64,000 bases of DNA from Candidatus Latescibacterota bacterium (GCA_965243025.1 CBDETY010000003.1:2368001-2432000); one strand, 5' to 3'; positions 10,262 through 21,256 are shown, counted from the stretch's first letter. The notes: generated from the letters alone by a model not told the origin. Numbers and translations: made by a program.

Positions 10262-11641
10262 ATGAACCCGTTCACCCTCGCCCGCCCCGAGCTCGAGGCC
10301 CTTCTCGGAGAGCGCCTGTCGGTGGCCGGCGACGTGCTCGCCTCCCACTCGAAGGACGCCTCCCACCACCGGCCGCGTCCGCCGCAGGCAGTCGCCTTCC
10401 CGGAGAGCAATACCGAGGTCGTGGCGCTCGTCGAGGTCTGCCGCGGCCACCGCCTCCCCATCATCCCCTTCGGCAAGGGGACCGCGGTCGAGGGGGGCGT
10501 GGTCGCGGTCAGCGGCGGGCTCAGCGTCGACCTCTCCCGCATGAACGCCGTCCTCGAGGTCAACGCCGGCGACCTCGACGCCAGGGTCGAGGCCGGGGTG
10601 ACGCGCAAGCAGCTGAACCGCCACCTCGCCGAGGCCGGCACCGGCCTGCACTTCCCCGTCGACCCGGGGGCCGACGCCAGCCTCGGGGGCATGGCCGCCA
10701 CCCGCGCCTCCGGGACTGAAGCCGTGGGCTACGGGACCATGCGCGAGAACGTCCTTGGTTTGACGGTGGTGACCGCCGGCGCGCGGCTGGTGCGGACCGG
10801 GGGCCGGGCGCGCAAATCGGCAGCCGGGTACGACCTCACCCGGCTGCTGGTCGGCTCCGAGGGTACCCTCGGGATCATCACCGAGGTCTGCGTCAGGCTT
10901 GCCCGGCTGCCCGAAGCGATCGCCGCGGCGGTCTGCCCCTTTCCCGGCATCGAAGCAGCCACCGCCGCGGTGATCGAGCTGATCTCCTCGGGCATCCGGG
11001 TCGCCCGCAGCGAGCTCCTCGACGAGATCCAGATCGACGCCGTCAACCGCTGGGCCGGCTTCGACCACCCGGTCACGCCGACCCTGTTCCTCGAGTTCCA
11101 CGGCAGCGGGCAGGCGGTAGCCGAGCAGGCCGCGGCCGCCGGGGACATCGCCGCCCGCCACGGAGGCGCGGACTTCCGGTGGGCAACCGAAGAGCCGGAG
11201 CGGGAGCGCCTCTGGCAGGCCCGCCACGACGGCTACTACGCCTGCCTCGCCCTGCGCCCCGGGTCGGTGGGGTACGTCACCGACGTCTGCGTCCCGGTCT
11301 CGCGGCTGGCCGACTGCATACTGCGGGCCAGGCGCGACCTTTCCGGCTCAAAGCTGATCGCCCCGGTCTTCGGGCACGTGGGAGACGGCAACTTCCACGT
11401 CGTCTACCTCGTCGATCCGAAGCGTCCGGAAGAGCTGGAAGAAGCCCGCCGCCTCGGGGACCGCCTGATCGCCCACGCCCTCGAGCTGGGGGGAACCTGC
11501 AGCGGCGAGCACGGCATCGGCATCGGCAAGCTCGACGCCCTCGAGCGGGAGTTCGGCGAGGGAGTGGGGCTCATGCGGGACATCAAGCGGGCCCTCGACC
11601 CGGACAACATCATGAACCCGGGGAAGGTGGTGCGGCTGTAA
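10262..11641 (+). CDS. FAD-linked oxidase, D-lactate dehydrogenase/GlcD-like
   Basis: PFGKGTAVEGG, PVDPGADASLGGM, GYDLTRLLVGSEGTLG, GHVGDGNFH, SGEHGIGIGK, IMNPGK. Confidence 0.9.
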   Translation: MNPFTLARPELEALLGERLSVAGDVLASHSKDASHHRPRPPQAVAFPESNTEVVALVEVCRGHRLPIIPFGKGTAVEGGVVAVSGGLSVDLSRMNAVLEVNAGDLDARVEAGVTRKQLNRHLAEAGTGLHFPVDPGADASLGGMAATRASGTEAVGYGTMRENVLGLTVVTAGARLVRTGGRARKSAAGYDLTRLLVGSEGTLGIITEVCVRLARLPEAIAAAVCPFPGIEAATAAVIELISSGIRVARSELLDEIQIDAVNRWAGFDHPVTPTLFLEFHGSGQAVAEQAAAAGDIAARHGGADFRWATEEPERERLWQARHDGYYACLALRPGSVGYVTDVCVPVSRLADCILRARRDLSGSKLIAPVFGHVGDGNFHVVYLVDPKRPEELEEARRLGDRLIAHALELGGTCSGEHGIGIGKLDALEREFGEGVGLMRDIKRALDPDNIMNPGKVVRL

Positions 11642-11761
11642 ATCTCCGGGGTCCTGCCGGGGACCTCGCTCATCTTTACCCTCCCGGGGCGATTCTCTAT
11701 CGTTAGCCGCCGCTCGCGGCTCCCCCACCTGCCGAAAGCATCCTCCCACCCGGAAAGCCTC

Positions 11762-12988
11762 ATGAAAATCACCGACATCGAAGTCTTCCACATCAACCCG
11801 CGGCTTGCCGACCGCAACGCCGGCCAGAAACCCCGCTTCGTCGGCATCGACACGCAGACCGTGTACAAGGTCGCCACCGACAACGGCATCGTCGGCTACG
11901 GGGAATCCCGCGGCCACTCCCAACTGCCGGAAAAGACCCGGGAGACGCTCGTCGGCCGCAATCCCTTCGAGCTCGTCAACTCCCCGTGGACCGGCGGCCT
12001 CACCGGGGCGCTCTTCGACGTCATGGGCAAGCACGTCGAGCTGCCGGCGTACCGGCTGATGGGAGAGAAGGTGCGGGAGCGCGTGCCGGTGGCGGCCTGG
12101 ACGCGGCCGGCTTCCCCGGAGGACCTGGCCGCCGAGGTGCAGCGCGCCGCGGACGAGGGGTACACCCTCTTCAAGATCCACACCTGCACCTACTACGACG
12201 TGCTGGAGCAGCACCGGGCCGTGGAGGACGTCGCCCCCCCGGGATTCCTCATGCACTACGACTTCAACCACAACCGCACCCCGGGCGCGGTTTCGCGGCT
12301 GATCGAGGAGCTCGAGAAGTCGCCGTTCACCGGCTTCATCGAGGACCCGGTGCGCTGGCAGGACCTCGACGGCTGGCGCTCCCTGCGGGAGAGGACGCGG
12401 CTGCCGCTGGTGATGCATGTGCCCCAGCTCGGCGGCGGACCGGAGATCATCCACGGCTGCGCCGACATGTACATGGTCGGCGAGGGAGGTACCGGCACCC
12501 CGGTGCAGCGCGGCTTCGCCTGCGGCCAGGCCAACCTCTCGGTGGTGATCCAGATGACCGGCGGCACCCTGTGCAAGGCCCTGGCCATGCACCTCGGGGC
12601 GGTGCTGCCGAACCTGTCCCATTCCATCAACCTCGACGACCAGTACGGCGAGGACGTAACCGGCGGCCGCCTCGAGGTCGCAGAGGGCAGCACCCCGGTT
12701 CCGGAAGAACCGGGACTCGGGGTCTCCGTCGACGAGACGGAGCTGGCTCGCATCGCCGAGAACCCCAGGACGGTGCTGCCCCGCTTCATCACGGAGATGC
12801 GTCTGCCCCGCGGCGGGATCTACTCGAAGGCGGGGTGGCCCAACGTCGAGAGCGTGACCGGTTTCGCCGAGGGGAACGTCAGGGGGATCCGCCTCGACGT
12901 GCGCGACGACGACGGCAGCGACGAGTTCGACCGCCTCTACCGGGAGCTCGAAGAGAAGGGCCCCCGCTTCGACAACCCGAACGCCTGA
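11762..12988 (+). CDS. Mandelate racemase/muconate lactonizing enzyme (enolase superfamily)
   Basis: TDNGIVGYGE, ALFDVMGK...PAYRLMG, FKIH, YDFN, IEDP, PEEPGLGVSVD. Confidence 0.85.
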   Translation: MKITDIEVFHINPRLADRNAGQKPRFVGIDTQTVYKVATDNGIVGYGESRGHSQLPEKTRETLVGRNPFELVNSPWTGGLTGALFDVMGKHVELPAYRLMGEKVRERVPVAAWTRPASPEDLAAEVQRAADEGYTLFKIHTCTYYDVLEQHRAVEDVAPPGFLMHYDFNHNRTPGAVSRLIEELEKSPFTGFIEDPVRWQDLDGWRSLRERTRLPLVMHVPQLGGGPEIIHGCADMYMVGEGGTGTPVQRGFACGQANLSVVIQMTGGTLCKALAMHLGAVLPNLSHSINLDDQYGEDVTGGRLEVAEGSTPVPEEPGLGVSVDETELARIAENPRTVLPRFITEMRLPRGGIYSKAGWPNVESVTGFAEGNVRGIRLDVRDDDGSDEFDRLYRELEEKGPRFDNPNA

Positions 12989-13028
12989 CCGGGCGCCCCG
13001 GCGCACCTGGATTCCGGAGATCGCCCCA

Positions 13029-14174
13029 ATGACCGGCAGCCTCATCGACAACCTCACCCGCATCGGCAACGGCAGGACGGGCCGCGCCTCCTCGTGGGAC
13101 ACCAGCGGCCGCAACGCCGACTCCTGGTCCTTCGAGCCGGGGGAGTCGCGGGTGCTCGCCGACATCGACGGCCCCGGCGCCGTCACCCACCTGTGGATGA
13201 CCCAGCCGAACCACTACCGCGAGGTGCTGCTGAAGATCACCTGGGACAACGCCCGGCAGCCGAGCGTGCTCTGCCCGCTCGGGGACTTCTTCGGGCTCGG
13301 CCACGGGATCGTCAACTCCTACCAGTCGCTGCTGTTCAGCGCCTCGACCCGCCGCGACAACTGCTTCGACGAGGGCTGCGCCCTCAACAGCTACGTGCGC
13401 ATGCCGTTCCGCGAGCGCGCCGTCGTCGAGCTCGTCAACGAGAGCAGGGAGCTCCACCGCCAGTACTTCTACGTCGACTACGAGCAGGACGCCGCCTCGC
13501 CGCCGGAAGACGCCGGGTACTTCCACGCCGAGTTCCGCCGCGAGAACCCGTTCGGCGGCTGGTCGCACGACATCCCCGTCAACCACCCGGAAGCCAACGT
13601 CGTCAACAAGGAACGCGCCGCCTGGGAGAACAACTACGTCATCCTCGAGACGACCGGCCGCGGCCACTACGTCGGCTGCAACCTCAGCGTCACCAACTTC
13701 CAGGGGACCTGGTGGGGAGAGGGGGACGACATGATCTGGGTCGACGGGTACAAGTGGCCCCCCGACCTGCACGGCACCGGCAGCGAGGACTACCTCAACC
13801 AGGCCTGGGGCATGCAGGACAACGCCTTCCTGCGCAACGGCTCGTCGATCCACGAGGAGAACACCGGCGGCTACCAGACCAGCTACGTCCACCACCTCGA
13901 GAACCCGGTCCGCTTCGAGAGGGAGATCAGGGTCACCATCGAGCACGGACACGGGAACCACCTCTGCAACGAGATGAGCAGCGTCGCCTACTGGTACGGG
14001 GCGGAGCCTGGCGGGGTGAAGAAGCCGCCCCCGGTCGCCAGGCGCATGCCGGTGCTTCGCGACAACCAGGGGAGCTGGCTCCACCAGCGCCGCAACCAGA
14101 CGACGTCGAGGAGGGTCGAGCCGAACCGCGAGATGCGCAGGATGGCGGAGAAGTGGAAGAAACGGGGCTCCTAG
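13029..14174 (+). CDS. DUF2961 protein (GH172-like glycoside hydrolase)
   Basis: ASSWD.SG.NAD, GPGAVTHLWMT, PLGDFFG, WWGEGDDMIWVDG, HGTGSEDY, IEHGH. Confidence 0.87.
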   Translation: MTGSLIDNLTRIGNGRTGRASSWDTSGRNADSWSFEPGESRVLADIDGPGAVTHLWMTQPNHYREVLLKITWDNARQPSVLCPLGDFFGLGHGIVNSYQSLLFSASTRRDNCFDEGCALNSYVRMPFRERAVVELVNESRELHRQYFYVDYEQDAASPPEDAGYFHAEFRRENPFGGWSHDIPVNHPEANVVNKERAAWENNYVILETTGRGHYVGCNLSVTNFQGTWWGEGDDMIWVDGYKWPPDLHGTGSEDYLNQAWGMQDNAFLRNGSSIHEENTGGYQTSYVHHLENPVRFEREIRVTIEHGHGNHLCNEMSSVAYWYGAEPGGVKKPPPVARRMPVLRDNQGSWLHQRRNQTTSRRVEPNREMRRMAEKWKKRGS

Positions 14175-14233
14175 CGCCGGCGCCGGCCGCCGCGCTTCCT
14201 TCGTCTCTGTGATTTCGACGCGTTTCCCGATCC

Positions 14234-15418
14234 TTGGTCGCTATGTCCCCAACCCCTCTGAACAGCCAATCCCCGGACTGGTCCGCGGAGCCGTCCTTCG
14301 AGCCTGCCGTCTTCGCGCCCCCCGGACTCGGCGGCGAGGCTCTGTACTTCGCCTTCCGCGGCGACCGCCTGCTGGTGCGCAGGGCCGGGGGCCGCCCCGA
14401 GGTGCCGCGGCTGACCTCCTTCGCCGAGGCCGGTGTGGAGACGCAGGCGGATGCGGGCGAACCGAGGGGAGATGGGGGCCGCGGACAAAGGGGATCCCAG
14501 GGAGCAAGCGGAGACCCGGACGGAGGCGGCGAAACCTTGGATGCGGAAGGCCGGGGACTACGGGAATCCAAAGGAACCGGCGCGAGTGGGGCCGAAACCT
14601 TGGTTGGCGAAGGCCGCGGTCAAGGTGAATCCAGGGAACCCGGCGGGGGCCGGGCCGAACCGCCGGATGCAGATGACGGCAATCCTTCGGAATTTCCGGG
14701 AGCCCGGACCGCTCCGGCCGAGCATTACCTCGGGGCCATCGCCGAGGACCACCCCGGCAGCCACGCCGGCCTCCACTGCTTCGCCGTCGACCTTCCCGAC
14801 TCCGCCGAGGCCGCGGACGGCCTCGCCTTTCAGGGCCTGCGGAAACTGTTCGGCCTCATCGACGAGGAGCTGTTCGCCGTGGCCGGCCGCGCCTTCCAGG
14901 TCGTGCAGTGGGACCGCACCCACCGCTTCTGCGGGCGCTGCGGCGGCGCCACCGCGCACCACGAGCGGGACCGCGCCCGCCAGTGCCCCGGCTGCGGCCT
15001 GGTCTCCTACCCGAGGGTGTCGCCGGCCGTCATCGTGCTCGTCAGCCGCGGCGACCGCTTCCTGCTCGCCCGCAACGCCAGCTTCCCCGGAAAGCGCTAC
15101 AGCATCATCGCCGGCTTCGTAGAGGCCGGGGAGACCCTCGAGACCGCGGTGGTCCGCGAGATCCGCGAGGAGGTCGGCATCGAGGTCCGCAACGTCGCCT
15201 ACTTCGGCAGCCAGCCGTGGCCGTTCCCCCACTCGCTGATGGTCGGCTTCACCGCCGAGCACGCCTCCGGGGAGATCGCCATCGACGGCGAGGAGATCGT
15301 CGACGCCGGCTGGTACCGCGCCGACCCGGAGCAGCTTCCCGAGCTGCCCAACCGCATCAGCATCTCGCGCCGGATCATCGATTCCTTCCTGAACGCCCAC
15401 GGGGTCCACCTGCCGTGA
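14234..15418 (+). CDS. nudC: NAD(+)/NADH diphosphatase NudC with an internal repeat insertion
   Basis: HRFCGRCG...CPGCG zinc finger, YPRVSPAVI, Nudix box AGFVEAGETLETAVVREIREEVG, SQPWPFPHSLM. Confidence 0.9.
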   Translation: MVAMSPTPLNSQSPDWSAEPSFEPAVFAPPGLGGEALYFAFRGDRLLVRRAGGRPEVPRLTSFAEAGVETQADAGEPRGDGGRGQRGSQGASGDPDGGGETLDAEGRGLRESKGTGASGAETLVGEGRGQGESREPGGGRAEPPDADDGNPSEFPGARTAPAEHYLGAIAEDHPGSHAGLHCFAVDLPDSAEAADGLAFQGLRKLFGLIDEELFAVAGRAFQVVQWDRTHRFCGRCGGATAHHERDRARQCPGCGLVSYPRVSPAVIVLVSRGDRFLLARNASFPGKRYSIIAGFVEAGETLETAVVREIREEVGIEVRNVAYFGSQPWPFPHSLMVGFTAEHASGEIAIDGEEIVDAGWYRADPEQLPELPNRISISRRIIDSFLNAHGVHLP

Positions 15419-16077
15419 GCGCCCGGGGAAAGCCCCTGACCCGGGCGCAGAAGGCGGATGTGATCGTCAGCACCCTCGACGAGCTGTTCCCGCAGCCGGC
15501 GATCCCGCTCAGGCACCGCGACCCCTACACCCTGCTGGTGGCGGTGGTGCTGTCGGCGCAGTGCACCGACGCGCGCGTCAACGAGGTGACCCCGGTGCTG
15601 TTCGCCCGGACCGACACCGCGGAAGGGATGGCGCGGCTGACCGCGGCGCAGATCGAGAAGATCATCAAGCCCTGCGGACTGGCCCCCACCAAGGCGAAGA
15701 ACATCCGCGCGACCTCCCGCATCCTCGCGGAGCAGTACGGGGGGGAGGTGCCGCGCAGCCTCGACGAGCTGGAGACCCTGCCCGGGGTCGGGCACAAGAC
15801 CGCGCAGGTGGTGGTGTCGCAGGCCTTCGGCATCCCCGCCTTTCCGGTGGACACCCACATCCACAGGCTCGCCTACCGCTGGGGCCTGTCGACGGGAAAG
15901 AACGTCGTGCAGACCGAGAAGGACCTGAAGCGCACCTTCCCGGAGGAACGCTGGAACGACCTCCACAAGCAGATCATCTACTTCGGCCGCCAGTACTGCC
16001 CCGCCCGGGGCCACGACCCGGAGGAGTGCGTCCTGTGCCGCGTCGTCGGCCGCAGGAGCCTTTTCGCGAGGCGGTAG
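15415..16077 (+). CDS. nth: Endonuclease III
   Basis: LVAVVLSAQCTD, HhH LPGVGHKTA, FPVDTHIHR; GTG start overlaps nudC stop (GTGA). Confidence 0.92.
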   Translation: MSARGKPLTRAQKADVIVSTLDELFPQPAIPLRHRDPYTLLVAVVLSAQCTDARVNEVTPVLFARTDTAEGMARLTAAQIEKIIKPCGLAPTKAKNIRATSRILAEQYGGEVPRSLDELETLPGVGHKTAQVVVSQAFGIPAFPVDTHIHRLAYRWGLSTGKNVVQTEKDLKRTFPEERWNDLHKQIIYFGRQYCPARGHDPEECVLCRVVGRRSLFARR

Positions 16078-16115
16078 CGGCAGCTGGCTGAATATGGAAA
16101 TAGCCCCGTCAGGGT

Positions 16116-16625
16116 TCAGGCAGGCGGGACAATCAGGACGGCCAGTCTGGCGGTATTGAATAAATCGGCCAGGGTACTGAGCAGGATGTTGAAATCGTGC
16201 AGGAAAAGGGACCCCTCGTTGACGAACACGAGCGGGGTCAGCAATTCATCGGTTTCCGGACTCACGGAGATGTCGTAAATGACCGCGTAGGTCAGGGGAA
16301 GCAAACTGCCCTCTTCGGGTACTTCCAGGTAGATGCCCCGAAACGATTTCGGGGAGATGCGGTCATCCCATATCCAGATATTGTAGTTTTCGTCGTACTC
16401 GATGTCGTGAAAAATCAAGACCGCTTCTGCGGGTGGACCCTGTTCCCCCTGAGGGCCTCGTTCACCCGGTGGGCCCGGCTCTCCTTGTTCGCCTCGGGGA
16501 CCTCGATCACCTGGTGGACCCTGCTCCCCCTGTTCGCCTTGGGGGCCTCGTTCACCTGGTGGACCCATCGGACCCTCGCACGCGATCAGGGCCGCGGTGA
16601 CCAGGACCACGAAAAAGCGGCTCAT
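16116..16625 (-). CDS. Collagen-like (Gly-X-Y) lipoprotein
   Basis: Lipobox LIAC followed at once by about 16 Gly-X-Y triplets, then a small unassigned domain; GGAGG RBS. Confidence 0.8.
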   Translation of the reverse strand: MSRFFVVLVTAALIACEGPMGPPGERGPQGEQGEQGPPGDRGPRGEQGEPGPPGERGPQGEQGPPAEAVLIFHDIEYDENYNIWIWDDRISPKSFRGIYLEVPEEGSLLPLTYAVIYDISVSPETDELLTPLVFVNEGSLFLHDFNILLSTLADLFNTARLAVLIVPPA

Positions 16626-16813
16626 CTCGTTACCTCCGGGGTTTGAAAAGGGCTGTCTGATTCCGGATAAAAGGGAATCCGGAGTGTGCGGCAGGAATTA
16701 ACTCAAACCCTGGACAGGCACAATCTGGTCATGCCTCTCCAGCCCCGGGCTGGGATTCGAGGAAATCCCGGCGGGAACGAACCCCGCTTCACCACCACAA
16801 GGAGAACTGGCAC

Positions 16814-17704
16814 ATGAGACTGGGCGTTGCCTTCTGGGACGGAGTCTCCCTCGACGATCCGCAGAAAACCGTGGACCGCCTCGAGACCATCGGCGTCAGG
16901 GGCGCCTGGCTCAACGCCGTCGAGGAGGGTTGGTCCCCGGCCCGGATCGAGGGCACCAGAAAGACCTTCGAAGAGGCGGGAATATTCGTCGGCGCGGTCG
17001 CCTCCCTGCACTTCGGTATGGCCACCAACCCGGACGAGGCAGTGCAGCGTCGGGGCATCGAGGCGACAAAGAGGTGCATCGCCGACTCGGTCGCCCTCGG
17101 GGCCCACTGCATCTCCGTCCACTGGCGGCAGAACGGGGCCGCCGGGGACTGGTGGTCTGAGAACTGCTGGAAGCGGCTCATCAAGAACACGGCGGTCGTC
17201 GCCGGGGAGGCCGAACGCCTGGGGATCGACCTCGGCTTCCACTCGTTCAAGCTCTGCCCCTGGGACACCCCCGAGCAGCACCGGCGGCTCGCCGACGAGG
17301 TCGCCTCCCCGCGCGTCAAGGTGCTCATCGACGCCGTCAACATGATCGATCACCGCGGCGTCTACGACAGCACCGACTACCTGAACCGCACCTTCGACAG
17401 TATCGGCGACCTGGTGGTCGGGGCCCACGCCAAGGACGTGACGATCGAGCCCCGGCACTGGACCCTGAGGATCGACGAGGTCCCACCCGGGGCCGGCATG
17501 CTGGACCACGACACCTTCCTCCGCCGGCTCTCCGAGCTCGACCCGGACCTGGTGCTGACCATCGAGCACCTCCGCGACGTCGGCGTCGCCGGCACCAACG
17601 CCATCCCCAACTACGTCTACTACCCCGATACGCACCTGGAGATCATCCGCGCCAGGGAGTTCCTCCAGTCGGTGGCGGGGCGTATCGGAATACCGCTGGA
17701 GTGA
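16814..17704 (+). CDS. Sugar phosphate isomerase/epimerase (xylose isomerase-like TIM barrel)
   Basis: LIDAVN, AHAKD, PGAGMLD, LTIEH; AAGGAG RBS. Confidence 0.8.
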   Translation: MRLGVAFWDGVSLDDPQKTVDRLETIGVRGAWLNAVEEGWSPARIEGTRKTFEEAGIFVGAVASLHFGMATNPDEAVQRRGIEATKRCIADSVALGAHCISVHWRQNGAAGDWWSENCWKRLIKNTAVVAGEAERLGIDLGFHSFKLCPWDTPEQHRRLADEVASPRVKVLIDAVNMIDHRGVYDSTDYLNRTFDSIGDLVVGAHAKDVTIEPRHWTLRIDEVPPGAGMLDHDTFLRRLSELDPDLVLTIEHLRDVGVAGTNAIPNYVYYPDTHLEIIRAREFLQSVAGRIGIPLE

Positions 17705-17708
17705 AGCC

Positions 17709-18476
17709 ATGCCCGACGCACCGATGTTCTCCCTCGAAGGCAAAACCGCCCTCGTAACCGGCGCCGGCCGCGGCATCGGCCGCGCCATCAGCCTCGCCTA
17801 CGCCCGGGCCGGAGCGGCGCTGGCCATCGGCGCCCGCACCGGATCCGAGCTCGACGACACCGCCGCGGAGATCGAGAAGCTGGGCGGCCGCGTCGTAAGC
17901 CGTCGCCTCGACATGAGCGACCTCGACAGCGTCCGCGGCTTCGTGCGCCGGACCCTCGACGAGCTGGGCCGCGTCGACATCCTGGTGAACAACGCCGGGG
18001 TGCCGATGCGCAAGACCGCGCTGGAGACCACCGAGGAGGACTGGAACCGGGTCACCGACGTCAACCTGAAGGGGCTGTTCTTCTGCACCCAGGAGTGCGC
18101 CCGCGCCATGGTCGCCCGGGGAGGAGGCAAGGTGATCAACATCACCTCGACGATCGGCGTCGTCGCCCTTCCCGGACAGTCGGCGTACGGCGCCGGCAAG
18201 GCCGCGGTGATCCAGCTGAGCAAGGTGTGGGCGATCGAGTGGGCGGAGCACAACATCAACGTCAACACCATCGCCCCGTTCTCCACCCGCACCGGCCTGG
18301 GGCGGGACATGCCGGACTACGAGGAGATGCTGGCCGAGCGCGCCAGGACCATTCCCATGGGAAGGGTGCTCGAACCGGACGACCTCGTCGGGACCGCCCT
18401 GTTCCTCGCGAGCCCGGCGTCGGACTTCATCACCGGACAGACGATCGTCGTCGACGGGGGCTATTCGGTGCAGTAG
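17709..18476 (+). CDS. Short-chain dehydrogenase/reductase
   Basis: TGAGRGIG, NNAG, YGAGK, ITGQTIVVDGG. Confidence 0.92.
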   Translation: MPDAPMFSLEGKTALVTGAGRGIGRAISLAYARAGAALAIGARTGSELDDTAAEIEKLGGRVVSRRLDMSDLDSVRGFVRRTLDELGRVDILVNNAGVPMRKTALETTEEDWNRVTDVNLKGLFFCTQECARAMVARGGGKVINITSTIGVVALPGQSAYGAGKAAVIQLSKVWAIEWAEHNINVNTIAPFSTRTGLGRDMPDYEEMLAERARTIPMGRVLEPDDLVGTALFLASPASDFITGQTIVVDGGYSVQ

Positions 18477-19141
18477 CGGGGGCCGGCAAGCCGGTTGCCG
18501 TGATCCTCTCCGGTCTTCTTCCGAAATGGAAGTCCCGGCAGGTTCACGGGAACAGCCAGTCCGACCGAGCCTGACAGCTGCCGGTGCAGGATGCGTTCCC
18601 CGCGGTACGACTGGTCCACCTCGACGTGTCTCGCATTAAAAGTCAGCAGCCAGTTCTTCCACAGGTTGCAGCCGACCCCCGCGCCGAACCCGAGGCCGGC
18701 AAGGGAAAGGGATGTGTCCTCGTGGTCGAAGCCGATTATGGAAATCCCGTATTCGATTAAACCGGTCCAGGACTCCGACAGCTCGAAGGAATGCCTGACC
18801 AGGAGATGGGTGAGCAGCACCGGCTTGTCTCCTGCGGAGATCAGGTTGTTCGGGCGGACCGTTGCCTTTGCGCCGCCGTGCCCTACATAAATTCCTGTGC
18901 TACGCTCGTCCCGGATGGATAGAGGTTTCCAGACACCGATCTCTACCGTTGGAGATTGTCCGGTCGATTGTTGGAAGCTGGATAGAACACCCACTGCCGG
19001 ATGCAGGTAAAAATCGGCTGCTCCTTCGGCGAAAAGACTTCCGGGCAGAAGAATCGCACAAAGAGAGAGCCGCTTTCCAATCGCAGTCATTGAACAGACC
19101 AGTAACAATCGAAGGTTTTGATAATTCGATTTAAGCATCAC
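18461..19141 (-). CDS. Hypothetical exported protein, possible small outer-membrane beta-barrel
   Basis: Signal-like N-terminus, alternating beta-strand pattern (GLGFGAGVGCNLW, WLLTFNARH); visibly lower GC than neighbours; start uncertain. Confidence 0.5.
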   Translation of the reverse strand: MMLKSNYQNLRLLLVCSMTAIGKRLSLCAILLPGSLFAEGAADFYLHPAVGVLSSFQQSTGQSPTVEIGVWKPLSIRDERSTGIYVGHGGAKATVRPNNLISAGDKPVLLTHLLVRHSFELSESWTGLIEYGISIIGFDHEDTSLSLAGLGFGAGVGCNLWKNWLLTFNARHVEVDQSYRGERILHRQLSGSVGLAVPVNLPGLPFRKKTGEDHGNRLAGPRYCTE

Positions 19142-19286
19142 CGGGTTACTGAGCGGCCGAGAAGTCGAGATTCCCGCGGATGTCCTTTCGGAAACAGGTT
19201 CGTCAGCACCCGCATGTCATGCGTGAGAAAGCAGGGTCGCGCCCCAGCCACTTTCAACAGACCGTCTCCATTGGCAGACCAACCTC

Positions 19287-20930
19287 TTATCGGGCCATCA
19301 GCACCGTCACCCGGTGCGGCTCGGTTCCCGGCGGCAGTTTCCGGGCTCCGTGAGCATCCCGCAGGGTGAACGGGTGATGCACGAGGATGTCCTGCCTGCC
19401 GTCCCGGTCGAGGTCCGCAAGCCAGGCGTACTCCCCGTCGTGCAGCGGGACCTCCACCCTTTGGGGTTTTGGGGCGAACATACCGGGCCCCGGCACTCCG
19501 GCATAGACGTGGAGCTCCCTGAACTCCGGCTCGATCAGCAGGTCCGGGCGGCCGTCGCCGGTCACGTCCCCGATCAGCAAGGTCCGGTTGAATGCGCGGG
19601 GCCATTCTTCTTGCGTCCTGCGGCTCTCGTGCGTTCCCCCGCGAAGCAGGATGTCGAGGGGCACCCACCCCGGCTCTCGATGGCTGGGCACACCGTCCAG
19701 GGCGATGCTGCGGATGGCGTCCGGTTCGTCCGGGAAGGGGCCGTCTCCCGTTCGGTAGAACTCGAGATCGAGGAAGACGTCGTCCCCCATGAACCCCTTG
19801 ATTCGCTTCCACAGGCTGCCCTCGAGGAACCTTTTCTCGATGGTCGTGAACACCAGGGCGACCCGCCCGCCGCCGTCGAAGTCGTGCCGGTCCATGCCGA
19901 GCTGGATGCTGCCGTCCGACTCGATCCGGGCCCCGGCCTCGGGCGCGAAAACCGTATGGCCACCGGGTGTCCGGGCGCCGAAATGCAGCTCGAAGGCGGA
20001 ACGCTTGCCGGATATGTCCCGGCCCTCCAGCGAGAAGACCACGAGGTCGGCGACGCCGTCGCCGTTCAGGTCGGTCAAGGAGTGCAGCACCCTCCCGGTC
20101 ATGTCTCCGGAAGCGAGCGAGGAGAGGTCGTCCGATTCGAACTCCACCCCGGTCGCGAAGGTTCTGCCCGCCGGGGAAAACAGGCCGCGCTCGTCCTGGA
20201 GGTGAACGGCGAAGCTGTCCCCGTTCCAGAACACCAGGTCGCTGCGGCCGTCTCCGTTGCAGTCCACCTCGTGGACACGGCTCTGGCTCCAGGGGTCGTA
20301 CCGGTACCCGTCGGCTCCCAGGATCCGGCTCATGTCGGTGGAACGGCCGACCTTCACAGGATCCGCGAAGGCCCCGCCCTCCGTCTGGACGAACACCTTA
20401 AAACCGTCGACGTCCGGCACTGCAAGGTCGTCGCGGCCGTCGCCGTTCAGGTCGTGGGTGACGTCCACATGGGGGATTTCCGTTGGGCGAGGGGGGACGA
20501 AATTCGATGAAACCGCAACCAGCGGACGCTCTGTCCCCGACTCGGGATCGAACCAGCTGAGTCGTCCGGGTGCGAAAGTGACCAGCCGGTCGCGGCCATC
20601 GATTCCCGCCACGTCGACGAACTCCACTTCGGGACCAAGGGTTGCCTCGAGTCCCGGCGCCCTTGCGCCGTCTGCGAATGCGTAGATGCGCAGGAGGCGG
20701 TCGCCGCTGTCCCCGACGGTGAGGACGGCAAGTTCTGCGACAGGGCCGCCGAGAAGAAAGCCGGTCAGAACGGTCTGGCGTTTCGCCAGGCCGGTGACGA
20801 CCTCGAAGCGTTCGAAACTGATTTCCGCGGCGACAGATTGCCCGCCCCAGGTTCCTGCCGGGGTCGTGAATCCCGTCAGGAGAACCGCAAGAACGAAGGT
20901 GGATGTCGGGGTATCCCCCCTGTATTTCAT
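19287..20930 (-). CDS. FG-GAP/VCBS repeat secreted protein
   Basis: Repeated DxNGDGRxDL motifs ([50 protein letters not shown]); ATG 20930 overlaps higA stop. Confidence 0.82.
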   Translation of the reverse strand: MKYRGDTPTSTFVLAVLLTGFTTPAGTWGGQSVAAEISFERFEVVTGLAKRQTVLTGFLLGGPVAELAVLTVGDSGDRLLRIYAFADGARAPGLEATLGPEVEFVDVAGIDGRDRLVTFAPGRLSWFDPESGTERPLVAVSSNFVPPRPTEIPHVDVTHDLNGDGRDDLAVPDVDGFKVFVQTEGGAFADPVKVGRSTDMSRILGADGYRYDPWSQSRVHEVDCNGDGRSDLVFWNGDSFAVHLQDERGLFSPAGRTFATGVEFESDDLSSLASGDMTGRVLHSLTDLNGDGVADLVVFSLEGRDISGKRSAFELHFGARTPGGHTVFAPEAGARIESDGSIQLGMDRHDFDGGGRVALVFTTIEKRFLEGSLWKRIKGFMGDDVFLDLEFYRTGDGPFPDEPDAIRSIALDGVPSHREPGWVPLDILLRGGTHESRRTQEEWPRAFNRTLLIGDVTGDGRPDLLIEPEFRELHVYAGVPGPGMFAPKPQRVEVPLHDGEYAWLADLDRDGRQDILVHHPFTLRDAHGARKLPPGTEPHRVTVLMAR

Positions 20931-21256
20931 CCCGCGGCGCGATCTGTGCCTGCAGACCGCTGTGAAACCGGTCCCGCCTCGTACCGCACTACCTCGATCT
21001 GGTCTTCGCCCCGGCGAGCCTGCGCCAGATCGTACGAAGCCTGCCGCCGCAGCCAGAACTCCGCGCTCGACCATCCCGCCTTCTCCAGCCGAATGGCCAT
21101 CTCCGGCGAAACGCCAGCATGGCCGTTCAATACCCGCGAAAGGGTGTGTCGGGCAACGCCCAGCACCATTGCCGCCTCGGTAACGGTCAGGCCAAGAGGT
21201 TCCAGGCAGTTCTTCCTTATGCTGAGGCCGGGATGGGGGGGGGTCTTCATAGCCAT
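20927..21256 (-). CDS. higA: HigA family antitoxin (HTH-XRE)
   Basis: PPHPG...[35 protein letters not shown]...AEFWLRRQ. Confidence 0.92.
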   Translation of the reverse strand: MAMKTPPHPGLSIRKNCLEPLGLTVTEAAMVLGVARHTLSRVLNGHAGVSPEMAIRLEKAGWSSAEFWLRRQASYDLAQARRGEDQIEVVRYEAGPVSQRSAGTDRAAG

